From Oculina patagonica (lineage: Eukaryota), in the NCBI RefSeq assembly GCF_052425735.1, contig NC_135770.1:7316001-7380000 (forward strand): a stretch of 64,000 bases of DNA, read 5' to 3'. Shown here piece by piece: positions 1 through 14,501 of this stretch (position 1 is the first letter of the stretch; each line of letters starts with the position of its first letter). The position numbers and the translations under genes were made by a program. The notes beneath the pieces are model-generated. The model did not search any database and was not told where the DNA came from. It worked only from the letters and a program-made list of their open reading frames with translations.

Positions 1-144
1 GCAGTAAAATTATATCGTTATATCGAGGAATCGTTATATCGGGGTTCCATCCCATACATTTTACTATTGCCGGGACATAACTTATTCATCGTTATATCGG
101 GAATATCGTTATATCGAAGATCGTTATATCGGGGTTCCAGTGTA
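1..144. mobile_element. End of a Tc1/mariner-pogo-like MITE
   Basis: cgttatatcg subrepeats ending ggggttccagtgTA. A similar element lies at about 62690-63110. Confidence 0.55.
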
Positions 145-244
145 CAGTGTCTGTTAACCAAGATCTCTCTATTTTAAAGTCATTAGGCATTGATGTCTTC
201 AACTCTAACAACTTTTTCTAGACAAATTTTCGTTAATTTGAAAA

Positions 245-734
245 CTACCTTATTATAGGAAATTAACGCGTCATGAAATTAACGCGAATTTCAAACTTTC
301 GCGTTAATTTAAGTCGCGTTAATTTTTGTTAACGTTAATTTCCGCGCCGTTAATTAAGTGTAGCGTTAATTTCCATGACGTTAATTTCCATTATTTTGGC
401 CCCAATTTTTCGCTTCAGTCCAGATGTTCTTGACTCCAAGGAAAAAGCATAATTTTATCTGCCACTATCATTGATACTGTGAAGAACGCTCAAAGTGGGG
501 AAAAAGTACCACAAACATTGTTTTTGTTTAAGATTATACGCCTACAAGTGTTGAAATAAACATGTTCCTGTTGTGTACGTCGCGTTAATTTCCTTCATTT
601 TGAAATGTTACCCCCTCTTTCGTGTTAATTTCCTTTATTGAGAAGTAATTTTTCCTTCAATTCGCGTTAATTTAAGTCGCGTTAATTTCAAATACCTTAA
701 TTAACACAAGCGTTAATTTCCTATAATAAGGAAG
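245..734. mobile_element. MITE with ~25-bp TIRs and cgcgttaattt subrepeats
   Basis: ctaccttattataggaaattaacgc / gcgttaatttcctataataaggaag. Confidence 0.8.
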
Positions 735-3700
735 CTCTTTGACTTTTGTTTTCACTATACATGTAGCTATTGATTTTATTTATTTTAGTTTTAAGGAGCA
801 ATTAGTCAACCCTGGTAATACATGTTTACATGATGTTCATGTTGAGATGCAACTATATGTTGGTGTTCAAGATATTCCTGGCCTGAAGAGAGGTTGTTAC
901 TTTCTGTTCCATGAAATTCCTCAGTTTTTAAACCCAAAAATTTTAGCTTAGTGCTTCAAGGAATCATTACTTTGTACAGTAGTGACCTAATTTTAAGTCT
1001 CTATCATTCGCTTGCATTATTCTGTCTTCTTTTCAGAAACGTCTGTATTTTTCAGGGAAGGCTACCCCCCTCCCAATTTTTCTGAAAAAATAAAGACTTA
1101 CTAAGAGAAGAATCTCTAACCCCCTCCCCATTGGAAAAATGCTCAGCGGTCTCTGTTTTTTTAATGAACATTACCTGTTAAATGTTGTAGCAAGCTCTTC
1201 CATTCTAAGTTTCAAAAGCATACCTGACATTGTGTAGTTCCAGAAAATTTCCACACTCCCTCCACGGAAGGGATTGAAAATTCCTGGGGGTGGGTTGTTT
1301 TAAACATCAGAGCATAACTGTGATCTACACAATGATTTTGATTGTCACTTTTTTTTTGTAATACAGCCTCTGTGGAAGGTGTGGCTACAATTTAAATGAA
1401 CAAGCAACAGTTCAAAATATTTATTGCAGCACAATTTTAATAGGGCTTGTGAAGGCAGTGAAGGGTCTGGTTCTCTTGGGAATGCATTAATTTATAACCA
1501 AGAATAGACAATGCTAATCAAGTCTACAGTCTAGTACCTGTAAGTAATATGACTGCAAAGGTAACAGCCTGAAAGCAGGGTTAGAGAACGTTTTCTCAGC
1601 ATGCAAAATTTTGAAACCTTTGATTCTGGCAATACATTTTACAATAATATTTATAGTCAGTGTGTTATGTGGGAATGGCATTAGTTTCAGTGGGGATTCT
1701 TTTTTTGGTTGGAATGGCATTTGATTTAGGGGAAATAAATTTTATGGACATGACATTTCATTTTAAGGGGGGGGGGGGGTTGGTGTTTATGGGTGCGACA
1801 CATTTCATTGGAGATGCGTTTATTAAATAATTATTCTCCTTAAAGTGGACGTCATTCCACTTAAATTTCAATGGAGAGGCATGTGCTGGGAAAGTTCAGC
1901 CACATAAATTGTATTCTTCCGTAATGGATCCCTCCATATCTGAACATGGGTTAATTTATTACTGTCAGTTGCTTAAGGTGTTAAGATAGTGTTATGTTAA
2001 CTTACAGATGAAACTCAACTACAGACATTTATATTGACTGCTGATAACAACTACCAATAAGAGCGATAAGACAACTGATGGCAATTACAGAATTACAGCC
2101 ATAACTTAGCATGTGTACAGATAATAGTCTCTTTACAGTGTATAGGATTATTTTAAGGATTCAATGCCCTAAAATACAAATATACTGCATGAGAATATTT
2201 CTCTGTAACCTGCCATATTGGTAGAGTTTCTTCTGTAGGGAGGGGGGGGGGGATTTTTTTTTTGGGGATTAATCTCTTAGTCTAAATAGACTTCTTGTTC
2301 AAATAAATCTGTTGCATGTAATTTTATTCAACAGAATGCATATGATCTTTATCAATAAATAAATAAATAACACCAATGATGGAAAAATGTATCCTAAAAA
2401 TAATACAGGGATACACAACATGTACAGCATGAAAAAAATAAATTTCATAAACTACTCCCTGGCTTATACACTGATAAACTGAACTCTTAGTATTGACTAT
2501 AACAGGGGGTGGGGGCACTTGTCTTGAAGAGGAGTACCATGAAATCATGGGTTTATAACCCCCCTGTTATATATGCCCATCTACCTCCGACTATAAGCCC
2601 CCCCCCCCCCCCCCTTCCTGGATATAAGCCTCCCTTTCCCTATACCATTCTAAATATTGAAATAAATTTGACTTCGTTTAATCAATGCTGCTGTAGCTTA
2701 TTTCAGAACATTGTTTTTATTCAGCTTATAAGCCCCCTTGGATATAAGCCCCCCCCCCCCCCCCCCAGTTATGAGATCATTCAAAACCCCTTACGAGGTT
2801 GTATAAGCCCAAGGCTTATAACTGGGATTTTACAGTATTCAATGTGACCCAGACTAAAGGCTCCCTGCTTTATCTCCCTTTCGATTTTCTTTGATGGTTT
2901 AAGGCAGCTCTTTGTTGACCAGAGTAATTGATGTGGACCACTCAGTTTTGATATTGGCCTTGAGTTAAGTCATTCCCTGCTCTTCGAACTCTCTTTCTGC
3001 TCCTTCTGCTGCTCTTGTTAGGAACAGCTCTTTATGTTCAATAGAGAAAAGTGCTCTGCAGCATCCAACCAACACAGTGTAAGCTACATAATTGAATAAG
3101 CTTAAGTTAAATTAAGGACTACAGGCAGATGAGATAAAGATGTATTTTTCAACAATGAAACGAGCATGGAACTGGAAGCCAGCAGCCATCCATGTTTATG
3201 ATAAACCTATGTGGCCTACACATCAAGTGAGCTTGGTAAAATATTGTGTATAGCAACCAGAAGACAAGATTATAATTTTAATGTTGTCTCCTTTTGAGGC
3301 TTAATAAAAAGGAATGAAAAGTTTTCACATTTTTGTTCCACATGAGTTTCAGTCACTGAGCCTAAAGGATGTTATGAGTGACTAAGAGTATGTTATGTAA
3401 GTTTATGATGATTGTTCCTTTGTGTTATACAAGAAATTGTTAGTGAAAATAGTCACCAATAAAGAGTTGATGATGCCATGTTGGCTCTCAAGTTAGGGCT
3501 TAGTGTACATGTTGACAGTTGCAATTGTACATGAATGTAATAATTAAACCTTGAAATTTTTTCTGAAGCATATTATCCCCTGCTCAATTCACTGTTTGTT
3601 TGTTCTTAGTTTTTCAACAAATATTTATTTTGCTAAGCTCGATAAGCTATTTCTATTAGCAAAGTAATTATGCGTTTACAGCATAATTTCAACTGAAGGG

Positions 3701-5875
3701 GACATTTTTAACCTTTACTTGTCTCAGGAATTGTTGTGGATACAAGATAAATTCCTTTTATTTATGTATTGCACTTCTATGTATGGGCCTCATTTTAGCA
3801 GTCTAAGTTAAGCACTTAAATGTCTAACCTGATTATTATAAAGACCTTGAGTTAGGGACTGCAAGTAGAGGTAATTTGTGTGGTCATGCATTTATTTTAA
3901 TATGTATATACTTTATTTCGTATTTTATTTTTACCTGTCCTCAACACAACCAGCCTACTTTCTGGGGAAGCCACTGCACAGCTTAGTCACACACACATTA
4001 CAATTTCGTTCAACAGGATAAATTTGTGTTTTTTTTGTACTGAGTAGCATTAGACGTATCATATACACCACAACAATAAATAAAATAATCAAATAACAAT
4101 TTATTTGACATTTCAAGGTACATTTCATACATAATATACGTTTACTGACACTGTACATAAAGTCTTGAGCAAAACAAAAGACGAATGAATAGCAGACAAG
4201 CGAAAAACACAATACAAGTAGGCATTAGTGTGTTCTACTTACGGATTCTTCCTCCATCTTTCCATATTTTGTCAACCATAACGAAGTCCATGAACAAGAA
4301 GCATTTAAAAATTTTCATCAGCACGAAAAAAAAGTCATATTTGATATGTTCCGTAGAAATTAACAAGCTGCAATTTAGTGCTGTTCAAAACCTTAGCGGA
4401 CTTGACATGACCTTAAGTGAAGGCAAAACTTTACCTTGTGTAAATTTGGAAAAGCTGAAAGTTACTTCTCAGATGAGGTGTCTTCATCGCCTGATAAAAC
4501 TGAAAATTTCGTTTCGATCCTTTCGATCAGAGTCGAAACATCAACACGAGTGATTGTAGAGATTAGACGAGTTGTTTTGAGGGGCCTTGAGCGAGCAAGA
4601 TGTTGCAAATTGCCATCACCATTACGTGTTCGTTTTTGATTCGTCGTCCGCCATTTTGAAACTCGAATGGCGGGAAGACGGCTAGGATCTTACTGCGCAT
4701 GTTCAGCCGTTTTTGCGCCCTGTCCGCTACAGATGCAAAATCACGGGCGAATTTACCACCGCTGATCATACATACTGCAGCTACTTAAATCATCTCCTAC
4801 GAAAAAGTCAAATCGTGTGTGACTTGCATATAAAGCACCCCGGCCCTACACAGACAGTCACAAATAGTGTGCTGCTACGCTAATTTTCGTAGCAAATGAC
4901 ATGAAACTTTTGCTTATACTGTATGAATTTCTTCCGCCGAGCAAATTTAAGGATAGGAGTCGAAATAAACTCATAGCAATAAGAAATAAACTCTCGCCTG
5001 ACAAAATATCACGCAAGGCCTCACGGCAACACTTATGTCCAGGATTGAACCACAGGGAGCCCATACAAGCGGCGTGACTGTTTGTATGTTCGAAATATAA
5101 AGAAATGTATGGGGATTTTAAAAGGGTCTTATGATCGAAAAATAAATTCTAGTAATGTCTATGTTTAAGGTCAAAATAAACGTTCACTTACTTCAGCTGT
5201 TGTCTGTTGTCGTTATTGAGCCTCAAAATGCCGTATTTGGGCGATTTGAAGGGTTTTGCGTTGAATGTTACTTTACGCCTAAGAAGAGTCCGGCGCCATA
5301 ACTATTAGGCCACCGCGCCTTTCATATACGAACAGTTAAGTATAACGTCATGTTACTAAAGACTAACCAGAGCTTACTGCAGTTGGCGTTGATGTGACCA
5401 CAGCCAATGCAACTAAATAATAAAACTAAATAGAGTACTAACAATTAAAATCACAATTTAGAGTCTAGTTTGCCTGCATTTTATTAAGAAAATAACACGT
5501 TTACAAGTCAATGCATCACGACAGAAGAAGTTTATTAGGAACAGCTAATAAGGCGATTTAAATGTATATAATAATTATGTACCTGTTTTCTTGAAGTAAT
5601 AAATTCTTACAAATTTGTAAATCATGAAAAACCGTTTAAGTTTCTTTTGTAGTTTCTTTGGCAATTATAACTTCGAAAGAATATACCACGTGCTGAAAGG
5701 TGAACATCAGATACAAAACGTTTTAACAGAAGCCAATAAGTTAAAGTGTAAGTTTTTCAATTTACTTTAGGTTGATCACTTAGTAGAAAAAAAAGTATGA
5801 ACGAAGTCTTAGAATGTCATACAGTACTGTTTTCAAAACGTCCACGAAAGAATAACAGGTATCAGCAAAAAAGGA

Positions 5876-6165
5876 TCAGGTATAAAATGTAAATCTTCTG
5901 AAAATTGTCACAGCCTCTACATTGCCATCGGAGGATTCACTGCGTGCCATGGGAACGATATCCGTGTCCTCTGTTCGATCTTCAATCTTTCCTGCAAGAG
6001 TACGAATAAAATTTTCACGAATAAGTAGTTTGTCGAGTGTAATCCGGGGGAGACAACATTTTTCAGAAACCACTGTTTCTCGCTGACATTTAAGCACCTC
6101 CGAAACATCGGAAATAGTTCGAGCGTGTCTCGAGCGTAGTTCGAACTGTGGTGTAACGTTTCCTA
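5876..6165 (-). CDS. Probable terminal exon (cytoplasmic tail)
   Basis: AG acceptor at 6166-6167, phase-1 compatible, 96 open codons to TGA. An alternative short terminal exon exists at 8155-8210. Confidence 0.55.
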
Positions 6166-9100
6166 CTTAATGGTAGGGTAAACATTTTAAGAGTTACTCT
6201 TGCCTGGGTGGGGGATAGAATAGAATAGAATAGAATAGAATAGAATAGAATAGAATAGAATAGAATAGAATAGAATAGAATAGAATAGAATAGAATAGAA
6301 TTGAATTGAATTGCATAGCAGAATAAAACAAAGTTTATTAGTTTATTAGCCAGTTGCTCAAGAGCACGGATTTCAACTATTAACTTTTAAAAGACACTAT
6401 AGATGCACAGTTCCTTAACTCTTCATAAAGAGAATGCCAGATAGTTCCAGCAGAACACGAACGAATGTTGCGTCAGAGCAGTTTGAAATTCAGGCAGTTG
6501 TAGGTTGTCTTTATTTCAAGCAAGAAAGCTGTGAGTCTGAACTCTTAGAAAATAACTTATTTTAGTGGTGAGAGGTCAGGTAACATGATAACACATGCAG
6601 ACAAAATCAGTAAAAAAAAAATAAATTACACTGTTAAAGAAGCTATGTCACGGCAACACATTTTGAAAAAAATGGCAAAGGTTTTACAATTTAATTTGTT
6701 GTTAGAAACTTGTCTTAAGAGGAAATCCGCCAGGACTTCGAGTAGTTATTGGAAAAAGTTATGTACCAAAACTATTTACGCCTGATTGCAAGTTTTTGTG
6801 TTACTGCTTCAAATATCTTATCGAAAGAAATCTTTTCTAACAACACAAAACATCGAAAACAAATTTCGAAGTTCCACTGAATTCCCATGTATCGCTTAAA
6901 AGATGTGAGCTTTTGCCCATAGCTTGTAAACTTTGAATGTCATTTTCTCAGACTCGATAAGAAATTGTTGTACCAGAATTATTTCCACCTTATTGCAAAC
7001 TTTTTTGTTACTGCTTCAAATATCATATCAAAAGAAACCTTTTCTAACAACACCAAACATCGAAAACAAATTCCGAAGTTCCGCTGAATTCCACTGAATC
7101 GCTTAAGACGAATTTACAAAATGGCTACACGTAAGATTTTGCCTATACCTTGTGAACTTTGAAATTTATTCTCTCAGACTCTGATAAGAAATTGTTCTTG
7201 GTGTTATCACGGATAATTGCTTATATCTTTACCTTATATTAAGGGTAGGAAATAACGCAATAGGATTTAAATTATTCTGGTAATTAATTTTTGTTCAACT
7301 TTAATTTATATTACTCGACTTCCTAGTGGATTCCGTCTTAAGGTCGCGCAGGACCCTTGCTCATTAATAATATTGATTAGCCAAATTACTTGTTGGAGTG
7401 CTATCTTGTAAAGCTTTAATTCACTACATTTTGAATATTGATTCCTCTAAAATTCAATAAGGATACTCAGGGATGATGGAATGACATCATGATTGTCCTT
7501 TTACTGAGAGATGACTGTTGTCTGTGATGTTTCAAGCCCTTAAATGTTTAACTGAAGACAATGCGATTTTGTGTCCAAGTTTTCAGCTAACACAGCGCAC
7601 CAAAGTAAATGATTATATAGCCTAGTGACAAATCGTAACTTCTTTTGTGCTCCCACTAGAACGAAATTTTCGATTTCAAAAACTGCTACAAGTTAATGGC
7701 TTCTAAGAGAGCAAAAATGTGAAATCTAAACTTTGAAACATGCTATCTTCATTTTGAGAAGGAAATTTAAAAATTCGCTCTAGCCAGAACACAATAGAGT
7801 ACACCAAGTTTATGTTCCTCGCGAATCAACTCTTGAAATTCTATATCGGCGGAGAAAACTTGGACACAAAATTGCAGGATTTTCCGCTTCCGAAGACCTT
7901 CCGAGTCAATGTTTACAACAACTTGTGATATATTCAAAGCTGTGAATCTAATTATGATAATTCCCTATGTTCCAGCGCACTTGGCACAAAGCTGAGAACA
8001 ATTACTAGTAATTACTTGTACAAAGGAGTTTAAAAACAAACATTCTCATGAATATTTCGTTTGTTGTCGGCTTCAGTCGTCCTGCAGTTCGTGCATACTC
8101 TTTAAATAAATACATACTAATGATTGCAAGGGTCCTGCGCGACCTTAATCTCCATTAGTCGAGTCCATTCTTGGTAATTTTCGCCTTTTTATTACCCCTT
8201 TGTTGTTTTCCTATGTTTGAAAACTATCATTTTGGGGTTTTCTTCCATTTGAAAGGAATCGGTAAAATGACTTAATATACCGCGACATTGCTTCTTTAAA
8301 CATATTCACCTACCCCCATGTTCCTGTCTCGTCCCCTTTTTTCTCCTCATCATAACAGCAATGAAAACGGACAAAATTAGCAACGTCACAGGAACGACAA
8401 TGCACACGACAATGATTCCAGTTCGTGGAGCACCTCTTGGAATGTTCTTCAACAAGCACGTGACGCCATCGCGCTTTAGCTTGTACCCTTTTGGACACAC
8501 ACATTTAAAACTGCCAGATGTGTTGCGACAGTAACTTTGTTTGGAGCAGTTATGTCTCCTGACCTTGCACTCATCCAGATCTATATTATAGCAACAGGAG
8601 GAAGATTATGACACGAGAAGGGGGTAGCAAACACGATTTTGCAGCAGATTTCCCAGCCTATAATATTGTCCATAATAAAATAACTGCTGTAAATTGGCAG
8701 ATACAGTCAACTCTTTCTAGAACTGACCGCCACCAACTGTCCGTCTTTGAGTGGTTTCCACCTTATAAGGAGATTGATTACAGTACCATGACTGAAAAAC
8801 GGTAGGAACGAGACAAACTTTTTCGAGATCTGAAAAGCAGAAGTTACCGAAAGTGAAGCCCTTTCTGAGAAAACTTTACCTTCTTCTCACATTTTTATTA
8901 AAGGGAAAAATGATGATGATAATGATAATAATGATGGTAAAAATAAGAAAAGTAACCTTTGAAGTCACTTACCAACACATTTATCGTTTTTCTTCTTGTA
9001 ACCTTTAAGGCACACACAGTCATAGCCCTCGTTTTTGTTTTTGCATTTCGAAGTCGCCAGATCACATTTGTTAGCTCCATTCTTGCACTCATTAATGTCT

Positions 9101-12100
9101 TCACATCCCTTACTTGCCCGGCGATACCCATCTTTGCACTTGCATGTGTACGAGCCAAATGTGTTCTTGCAAACTGTTTTACTATCACCACAGAGGTCTT
9201 GTTGCTCACATTCATTGATGTCTGCAAAAATATGGTATAAGATGCACAAGTGAACTTATCAAACATTACAATGAAATACGGGGTATGTAAAGTGAAATAA
9301 AGCAGCCACCCCGCTTACAAATATCCAACTAAACTCAGTGATTTTAAATTAACAAGCTTTTTACATACATTACAGACACAGGCTACAAGGTTAAATTATC
9401 TACAGCTCTCTGAACGTAAATTAATAAAATGTTATTCACTGACCGACACATTTATCTTCAGTCTTGTTGAAACCCGTTCGACAAACGCAGAGGTGGCCTC
9501 TAATTGTGTTTTGACATTTTGAGGTCGTTTCATTGCACTCGTGAGCATCAGTGTTGCATTCGTCGATATCTGAAAGTGAAGTCATTTCTGAAAAAAAACT
9601 TTACCTTCTTTCCTTATTTTTATTGAAGGAAAACAAATAAAATATGCAATTGTTATGATCACTATAACTATGACGATGATTATGATAATGATGATGACAA
9701 TGATGATGATAAAAAGAAGAAAAGAAACCTTTGTAGATACTAACCAACACATTTATTTTTTTCTTTCTTGTAACCTTTAAGGCACACACAGTCATAGCCC
9801 CCATTTTTGTTGCTGCATTTCGAAGTAGTCAGATCACATTTGTGAGCTTCATTCTTGCACTCATTAATGTCTTTACATCCCTTACTTGTCCGGCTATACC
9901 CATCTTTGCACTTGCATGTGTACGAGCCAAATGTGTTGTTGCAAACGGATTTATTATCACCACAGAGGTCTTGTTTGTCACATTCATTGATGTCTGCAAA
10001 AATCTTAAGATAAACACCGAGATCCGTCCAGTTTACACCAGCCGTAAGATCAAAGACACAATTAAAGTGAAGGAACAGAAACCGCCCATCGTAAACCAAC
10101 AAAGCGCTGTTTATTATTATAAGTGTGATCTGTGTGATGCAGATTACGTCGGCTATTCTTGTCGACACTTGCACCAGCGCATCGAAGAACACAAAGGATC
10201 GTCTATCGGACATCACGTGAAAGAGCAACATGGAAAGGAGCCACACAACATCGAGAAGAATTTTAAGATTTTAAGGAAGTGCCAAAGCAAGCTTGACTGT
10301 TTGATTTTTGAAATGCTTTTTATTAGACTTCTGAAACCGAAACTTAACAAACAGAGTGACTCGCTCCGCGCGAAATTATTTGTTTAGATATTTTTAGGTA
10401 TTTTAATGTTCTTATTCTCGTCGTCTTTTTCGCTTGCTTTACGTTTTTAATTATATCTTTTACAACTATGCATGCCATTCGCACAAAGTTATTTTTTAGC
10501 CATTTTTAGCCTTTTTATTCTTATTGTCTATTGTTTGTATGTACATATTTTAGCGCTTTTACTATATTTACACATGTAATTTTACTAACACCTAACTTGA
10601 AAATGACCGTCGAACGGTCGAAACGTCGTTCTAATTTTTTAGCGTTTAATTTCATTATACAATCAATATTATTATTATTATGATTACTATGACTATGAGG
10701 ATGATAATGATGATGACGATGAGGGGGTGATGATGATAAAAGAAGAAAAGAAACCTTTGAAGACACTTACCAACACATTTATCTTTTTCTTTCTTGTAAC
10801 CTTTAAGGCACACACAGTCAAAGCCCCCGTTTTTGTTTTTGCATTTCGAAGTAGCCAGATCGCATTTGTTAGCTCCATTCTTACACTCATTGATGTCTTC
10901 ACATCCCTTACTTGTCCGGAGATACCCATCTTTGCAATTGCATGTGTACGAGCCAAATGTGTTCTCACAAACTGTTTTACTATCACCACAGAGGTCTTGT
11001 TGCTCACATTCATTGATGTCTGTAAAAGTATGGTATAAGCGCCAAAAATTAACTTATCAAACTTTACACTGAAATAAATAAGTGACATAAACAGCCACCC
11101 CACTTAAACAACCATGTATCCAACTAAACTCAATGATTTTAAATTAACAGCCTCTCTCTATTACATTACAGACACAGGCTACAAGGTTACATTGCCTTTA
11201 GCTCTCTGAAAGCAAAAATAATAAATAACATGATATTCACTGACCGACACATTTATCTTCAGTCTTCTTGAAACCCGCTCGACAAGCGCAGATGTGGCCT
11301 CCAATTGTGTTTTGACATTTTGAGGTCGTTTCATTGCAATTGTGAGCGTCTATGTTGCATTCCTCGATATCTGAAAGTGAAGTCATTTCTGAGAAAACGT
11401 TTCCTTTTTTCCTCATTTTGATTAAAGGAAAACAAATATGACATATGATGAAGATTATGATGATGATGATGACGATAAAGAGAGAAAAGAAGCCTTTTGG
11501 AGACACTTACCGACACATTTATCTTTTTTCTTCTTGTACCCTTTAAGGCACACACAGTCATAGCCCCCATTTTTGTTTTTGCATTTCGAAGTAGCCAGAT
11601 CACATTTGTTAGCTCCATTCTTACACTCATTGATGTCTTCACATCTCTTACTTTTCTGGCGATACCCATCTTTGCAATTGCATGTGTACGAACCAAAGGT
11701 GTTCTTGCAAACTGCTTTACTATCACCACAGAGGTCTTGTTGCTCACATTCATTAATGTCTGCAAAAGAATGGTATAAGATTAAAAAAATAACTTATCAA
11801 ACTTTACACTTTAATATATCAAGTGATGCGAAGCAGCTACCCCCCAATGATTTTAAATCAACAGGCTTTCTCTAATACATTACAGACACAGGCTACAAAG
11901 TTACATTGCCTTTAGCTCTCTGAAAGCAAATAAATAACATGATATTCACTGACCGACACATTTAATTTCAATCTTGTTGAAACCCCCTCGACAAACACAG
12001 ATGTGGCCTCCAATTGTGTTTTGACATGTTGAGGTCGTTTCATTGCAATTGTGAGCGTCTATGTTGCATTCATCGATACCTGAAAGTGAAGTCAATTCTG

Positions 12101-14460
12101 AGAAAAAGTTTTCTTCTACCCTTATTTTAATTAAAGAAAAACAAATAAGATAATTATGATGACGATGATGATGATGATGATGATGATAAAAGAAGCCTTT
12201 GAAGACACTCACCAACACATTTATCTTTTTTCTTCTTGTAACCGTCAAGGCACACACAGTCGTAGCCTCCGTTTTTGTTTATGCATTTCGAAGTCGCCAG
12301 ATCACATTTGTTAGCTCCATTCTTGCACTCATTAATGTCTTCACATCTCTTACTTGTCCGGCGATACCCATCTTTGCACTTGCATGAATAAGAACCAAAT
12401 GTGTTGTTGCAAACTGCTTTACTATCACCACAGAGGTCTTGTTTCTCACATTCATTGATGTCTGCAAAGTATGGCATAAGATGCAAAAAATTAACTTCTC
12501 AAACCAGTTTACACTGAAATAATTTATATCAAGGGTCGGACAGCAGCATCACCACTTAAACATATCCAACTAAACTCTGTGATTTTAAATTAACAAGCTC
12601 TTTCTATACATTACAGACAAGGGCTACAAGTTAACAACATTTTTAGCCACCGAACGCAAATTAATAACATGTTATTCACTTACCGACACATTTATCTTCA
12701 GTTTTGTTGAAACCCGCTCGACAAGCGCAGATGTGGCCTCCAATTGTGTTTTGACATTTTGAGGTTGTTTCACTGCAATTGTGAGCGTCTATGTTGCATT
12801 CATCGATATCTGAAAGTGAAGTTATTTCTGATAAAACGTTTTCTTCCTCCCTCATTTTTATAAAAGAAAAAAAAATATGATAATTATGATGATGATGACG
12901 ACGATGATGAAGATGATGATTATAGAAAGAAATGAAACTTTTGAAGACACTTACCAACACATTTTTCTTTTTTCTTCTTGTAACCTTTAAAGCACGCACA
13001 GTCATAGCCCCCGTTTTTGTTTTTGCATTTCGAAGTAGCCAGATCACATTTGTTAGCTCCATTCTTGCACTCATTAATGTCTTTACATCCCTTACTCGTC
13101 CAGCGATACCCAGCATCTTTGCACTTGCATATATACGAACCAAATGTGTTCTTGCAAACTGTTTTACTATCACCACAGAGTTCTTGTTGCTCACATTCAT
13201 TGATGTCTGCAAAAGTAAGGTATAAGATCAAATATTAACTTAATTATCAAAAAAAGAACGCTAATGATGATGACGATAATAAAAGAAGAAAAGAAACCTT
13301 TTAAGACACTTACCAACACATTTATCTTTTTTCTTCTTGTACCCTTTAAGGCAAACGCAGTGATAGCTCCCGTTTTTGTTTTTGCATTTCGAAGTAGCCA
13401 GATCACATTTGTGAGCTCCATTCTTGCATTCATTAATGTCTTCACATCTCTTACTTGTCCGGCGATACCCATCTTTGCACTTACATGTGTACGACCCAAA
13501 TGTGTTCTTGCAAACTGCTTTGCTATCACCACAGAGGTCTTGTTGCTCACATTCATTGATGTCTGCAAAAGTATGGTATAAAATGCAAAAATTAACTTAT
13601 CAAACATTACATACTACTTATTAACCGAGAGTGAGGTCATTACAGGGGAATCTCAGACCGAGGCCTTCATGTATTTACCGAGCGATAGCGAGGTCAATAA
13701 ATCAAGGCCGAGGTCTGAGATTCCCCTTGTAATGACCAAACGGACGAGGTTAATAAGTTATTTATTATATGGCGTTTTAGCGCTATTTTAAACTGAAATA
13801 TCTAAAAAACACCGAGGTGAAACTCGCTCTTGCTCTCTGTGGCTCTCTTCGTCGCTCATACTAAAGAAGTATCGGTATGCTAATATTTTTCTTTCAGTTG
13901 TTGAATAGATAGTTACATTTTGTCGGTATTTATTGTCATTCTCGCAATTGCGCTAGTAGCTTTTACTCACAACTCAAAAAACCGCCGAGCCGAGAAAATT
14001 TTTCATAATGCCCGGTCATTACAAGAAAATAATGCCCGCTCAGCAGCCAATCAGAGCGCGCGTACTATTGTCGCCATATAATAAAGTGAAATATGTCAAG
14101 TGACAAAAAGCAGCCACCCCACTTGTACATATATCCAAACTCAGTGATTCTAAAATAACAAGCTCTTTGCATACGTAACAGACGCTGGCTACAAAGTTAC
14201 ATTATATTCAGCTTTCTTAACGCAAATAAATAACATGTTATTGACTGACCGACACATTTATCTTTAGTCTTTTTGAAACCCTTTCGACAAACACACAGGT
14301 GGCTTCCAATTGTGTTTTGACATTTTGAGGTTGTTTCATTGCATCCGTGAGCATCAGTGTTGCATTCATCAATATCTGAAAGTGAAGTCATTTCTGAGAA
14401 AACTTTACCTTCTTCCCTTATTTTTATCAAAGGAAAAATATGATAATTATTATGATTACT

Positions 14461-14501
<41 letters not shown>

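Noticed and set aside
2509-2847. Proline-rich 112-aa ORF
   Set aside because: It derives from poly-C tracts and ataagccc subrepeats of a MITE-like repeat.
2850-3060. Purine-rich minus-strand segment reading ELFLTRAAEGAEREFEEQG
   Set aside because: In-frame stops and no identifiable domain or consistent splice partners.
4647-4658. YY1-like ccgccattttg motif (also near 56748 and 14616) as a host promoter
   Set aside because: No linked gene could be built, and the other copies lie within interspersed repeats.
8959-13624. Many plus-strand and off-frame ORFs over the EGF array (MKSLTNTFIVFLLVTFKAH..., MFLHFEVARSHLL...)
   Set aside because: They are antisense or alternate-frame shadows of the repeated EGF exons.
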